A DNA stretch of 64,000 nt. Source: Flectonema sp. DT1601 (lineage: Eukaryota). The stretch covers positions 1,364,001 to 1,428,000 of the forward strand of contig OZ025783.1 in NCBI GenBank assembly GCA_964019425.1, written 5' to 3'. This document shows, piece after piece, positions 60,761-64,000 of the stretch (positions are counted from its first letter, which is position 1; every line of letters begins with the position of its first letter). The notes beneath the pieces were generated by a model. The model did no database searches. It was not told the DNA's origin and saw only the letters and a program-made list of their open reading frames with translations. The translations under genes were made by a program, and so were the position numbers.

Positions 60761-62386
60761 ATGCTGTCTTTTTTGTTAGCAACTGCTGTTGCCACGCAAT
60801 ATGATTTAGTAGTGTTTGGTTCCACTCCGAGTGGAATCAGTGCGGCTCTAACATTCACTAACATGACTGTAGGAGGAAAGGTAGCTGTCGTAGAACCGAC
60901 TGCATACATTGGAGGTATGTCAGGAGCAGGTGGTATCGGATTTAGAGATTTTGCTACTCCAGCTCCGTGCTGTACGATGGTTGAGTGGGGAATGCTGAAC
61001 GCAGCACACTACAACGTAACATACCCAGTCTGGCAACCAGACAACTATCTAGGACAGGCTAACTTCAGAAAGCTTCTCGCCAACCACAACGTTGAGTTAT
61101 TCACAAATGAACAATACACTCCATTCTCAGTTAAGCAATCAAATCAGAGAATTACTTCATTCTCGACAACCACCAAAACCTGGTCTGCTACAGCCTTCGT
61201 TGACTCCAGTTACGAAGGTTTGATCATGAGAGAAGTGACTACCTTCACATGGGGAAGAGAAGCGGTTTCAGAATACAATGAAACCATGGCTGGAGTTCCT
61301 CCTAAGAAGAGTCCTGTTTACAAGAAACCAATTAATGGATACTACAAAAACACTACTACTCCACTGAAGTATGTTTCAGACCAAGCAGAACTTCCAGTTG
61401 GATCAGCTGACTTAGGAGTCATGGGATACAGTTTTAGATGTTGTGTTACTAACAATGTTCATAATAAAGTTGCTTTCCCAAAGCCACAGGGATACAATGA
61501 GATGGACTTCGAACTTATGAACCGGTATGTACAAATAATTCATTTTCTATAGTTTAAGTAATAAAGACAGTAGGAGGACATGTTAATCAAAACATAATAA
61601 AACAGTTACGTAAACTCTCTAAGCAGCCCTCCATCGATTCACAGTCTATTTGGAATCCTTGACTACAGAAGCTTCCCACCAAGAAACAAGTGGGATTTGT
61701 GTGATGCTGGAAGTTCTCCAGTCACTTCAGATGTCGTTGATGAGACCATCTCAAAGTATATGAACGGAACTCAGGAGGATCAGAAGGTTGTTTCTGAAGC
61801 AGTTCAGTACTACGTTCAGGGATTCTTGTACTGGCTCGGTAACAGTGAGAACAGTCCGGAATACACCAGAAAAAGTGTTCAGAGCTACGGACTATGCGCT
61901 GACGAGTGGCCAGAAAACGGTCACGTCCCACCACAGTTGTACGTAAGAGAAACCCTTCGTATGGTTGGAGACCACGTCTTTGCTCAGGGGGAATGGCAGC
62001 ATGGTGGTGACGACAGCCGTAGCATTGGAATGGGAGGATGGGGAATTGACATTCACGTTGTTCACAGAAATGTTGACAAGACTACTGGAATCGTCTACGA
62101 TGAAGGATGGACTAACCCAGGTACTGGTAGTCATCCATTTCATCTTCCTGTTGATTTAGTTCTTCCAAGAAAGACTACCGTACAGAACCTTTTAGTTACT
62201 TCAGCTCCATCATGCAGTCACGTTACCTGGGCTGCTATCCGTGAGGAACCAACTTTGTGGTTGTTGGGTATGGCTGCTGGTGGCGCTGCCTCACTTGTTA
62301 AGGACGGCGCAGTTCAGGATGTGAACATGGAGGACCTTCAGAAGGCTCTTCGCGCTCAGGGAGTGAACATTCCAAGTTCACAGTAA
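60761..62386 (+). CDS. Secreted FAD-dependent oxidoreductase (FAD_oxidored-like); intron 61525-61605
   Basis: Signal peptide, YDLVVFGSTPSGISAA, IGGM, DSSYEG, GREA..EYNE, GLCADEW, PPQLYVRE and SCSHVTWAAIREEP. An 81-nt intron restores the frame. Confidence 0.88.
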
Positions 62387-64000
62387 ATTATATTACAAAT
62401 CATTTTAATATCTGCTGCGGTAGTACATCGCATGTGACTAAACAATTTTGACGACATTAGTTCAACGCGCCGCTTTCTTTGCAGCAATCACCTCACTTAC
62501 GCTAGCTGAATTCCCAGCGGATTTACTCTGCATAAGGGGATAGCGGACCCACTGCACTAGTTTTATATATTAAACAGGAAGGGTACCGTTGTTTATTTTA
62601 TTGATACCGATCAAGGTACATGTCGGTCTCTGAGATCTTCAGTGATCCCTTCATTACGATGTGTTACTAGTGGTATAGTGGTGGGTTGATTATCTTTCCA
62701 GGGGGATTATTTCTTTTTGTCTTCTTAGCGCTAACGTTTTCCCTTTCTCTGAATGACGGAGATTTCATCACCGAGTGGTTTTTTTTTTTTCTCTCTCCCG
62801 GAATTCCTCCTCATCCCATCTTTTTTTCTCACCGAAACTACTATTCCGTTGAGGCTATCAAGAAAGTCTTGATAGCGAGCAATGATTGAGTCACTCAATC
62901 ATTCTGTTCGTAGTTACAGAGGACATGTTTGTTTTTCATCAGCTGGTTTGCGGGTACCTGACAGGGTCTAAGCGTAAGGCTCATTGCCTTACGTGTGTTG
63001 GTTGTCTTTTCATTTATGTTGAGAGGCAGTTCCCTGCGGTATCAAGGTATCATCTGATGGGTAAGTGAAAAAAAAAAAAAAAAAAAAAAAAACAATAATA
63101 ATAATAATAAAGGGATGTTCACGCCTCTCAATGTTTATACTTGGGCGTGTGGTTCTGGAATAATCCGTCTTTTCCGATTCTGTTTTTTTCTTTTTTCCAT
63201 TCTTTTGTTTATTGTTGTCATGCTGCTGAATGCGATGACAAACAGCACATGATCCAATTTCTGAGAATTTGCAATTTGCGTCCCCTCTTTTTGTTTCTCC
63301 TCTTTACTTATTTTATAACGCGTTTCGCTATCTTGAACTGTTAGTAGCAGAACCGTATCATCAAACAGTATAATTCAATACAAAGATCCTTTCGTATTGA
63401 ATTAAATCCCTGATTTTTATATCCAAGTCGCCCCCCCTCCCTATTTTCAAGACGAGTACTCATGAGTTTTTATAAAAAAACTGTTACAGTGACATAGGCG
63501 CGTGGCGGTCAACTTTCTTCCTCCAGTGGCATTATTTATTTATTTGCAGTCAATTTACTTCGCTGTCGCTGACAATCAAAATTGTTCCGAGAGATTGTTG
63601 TTCCTTTGAGCTTGATGATTATAGTGATATCCCCTCCCACTCCTTTTCCCAGCGTCGTCTTCCGTGTTTGTTTTGTTTGTTTTTCATTCTCTCGTTTTGT
63701 CATGGCTTAATGCAGCTTGGTGAAACTTCTTTTGATAAAAATTCACAAAATAAATTTTTAAAAAAAAAACAAAAAAAAGACTGTTCTTTTTATATGCTAA
63801 TTAACTAATTCTTAATTTCACAGTAAACACCACAAAAAAAAAAACACCCTATGCCACAAGCTTCTTACTCTCTCTGTGTGATCATCAAAAAATGACTACT
63901 ACATTATATTATTCCACTCACAGTGTTATCTTTATTAATGTTGGTATCGTTGAGATGTTTAATTATTGCGACCATTCCATCATCAAAAAATGAAAATCCA

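Overview
AT-rich eukaryotic nuclear DNA with long homopolymer runs. All supported host genes lie on the + strand and carry short GT-AG introns with A-rich 3' ends, while pyrimidine tract + AG sites sit just upstream of many start codons. This architecture and the gene content (PSP1-domain and amastin-like proteins) suggest a euglenozoan, probably a diplonemid (inference). The window holds about 17 genes: a pseudo-metacaspase multidomain protein, an m5U-methyltransferase/P-loop kinase fusion, NSF, a Cys-rich surface protein, a ~1460-aa SLC34 Na+/Pi transporter fusion, a PSP1-domain protein, a Clu-domain protein, an ACC-synthase-like aminotransferase, NUDT22, a WW-like/coiled-coil protein, a B-box protein, an RP2-like protein, two tandem HXXXD acyltransferases, a hypothetical protein, a DRB0094-type RNA ligase and a secreted FAD oxidoreductase. 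There is also a decayed piggyBac element. Two results stand out. (1) The SLC34 transporter is fused to an amastin/claudin-like tetraspan module whose first loop carries a degenerate phytase-like esterase domain. (2) A 15.5-kb ORF-free stretch after the PSP1 gene contains two families of three-copy RNA hairpins with conserved loops and variable but still-pairing stems. All family calls come from motifs recognised by eye; no database searches were run.
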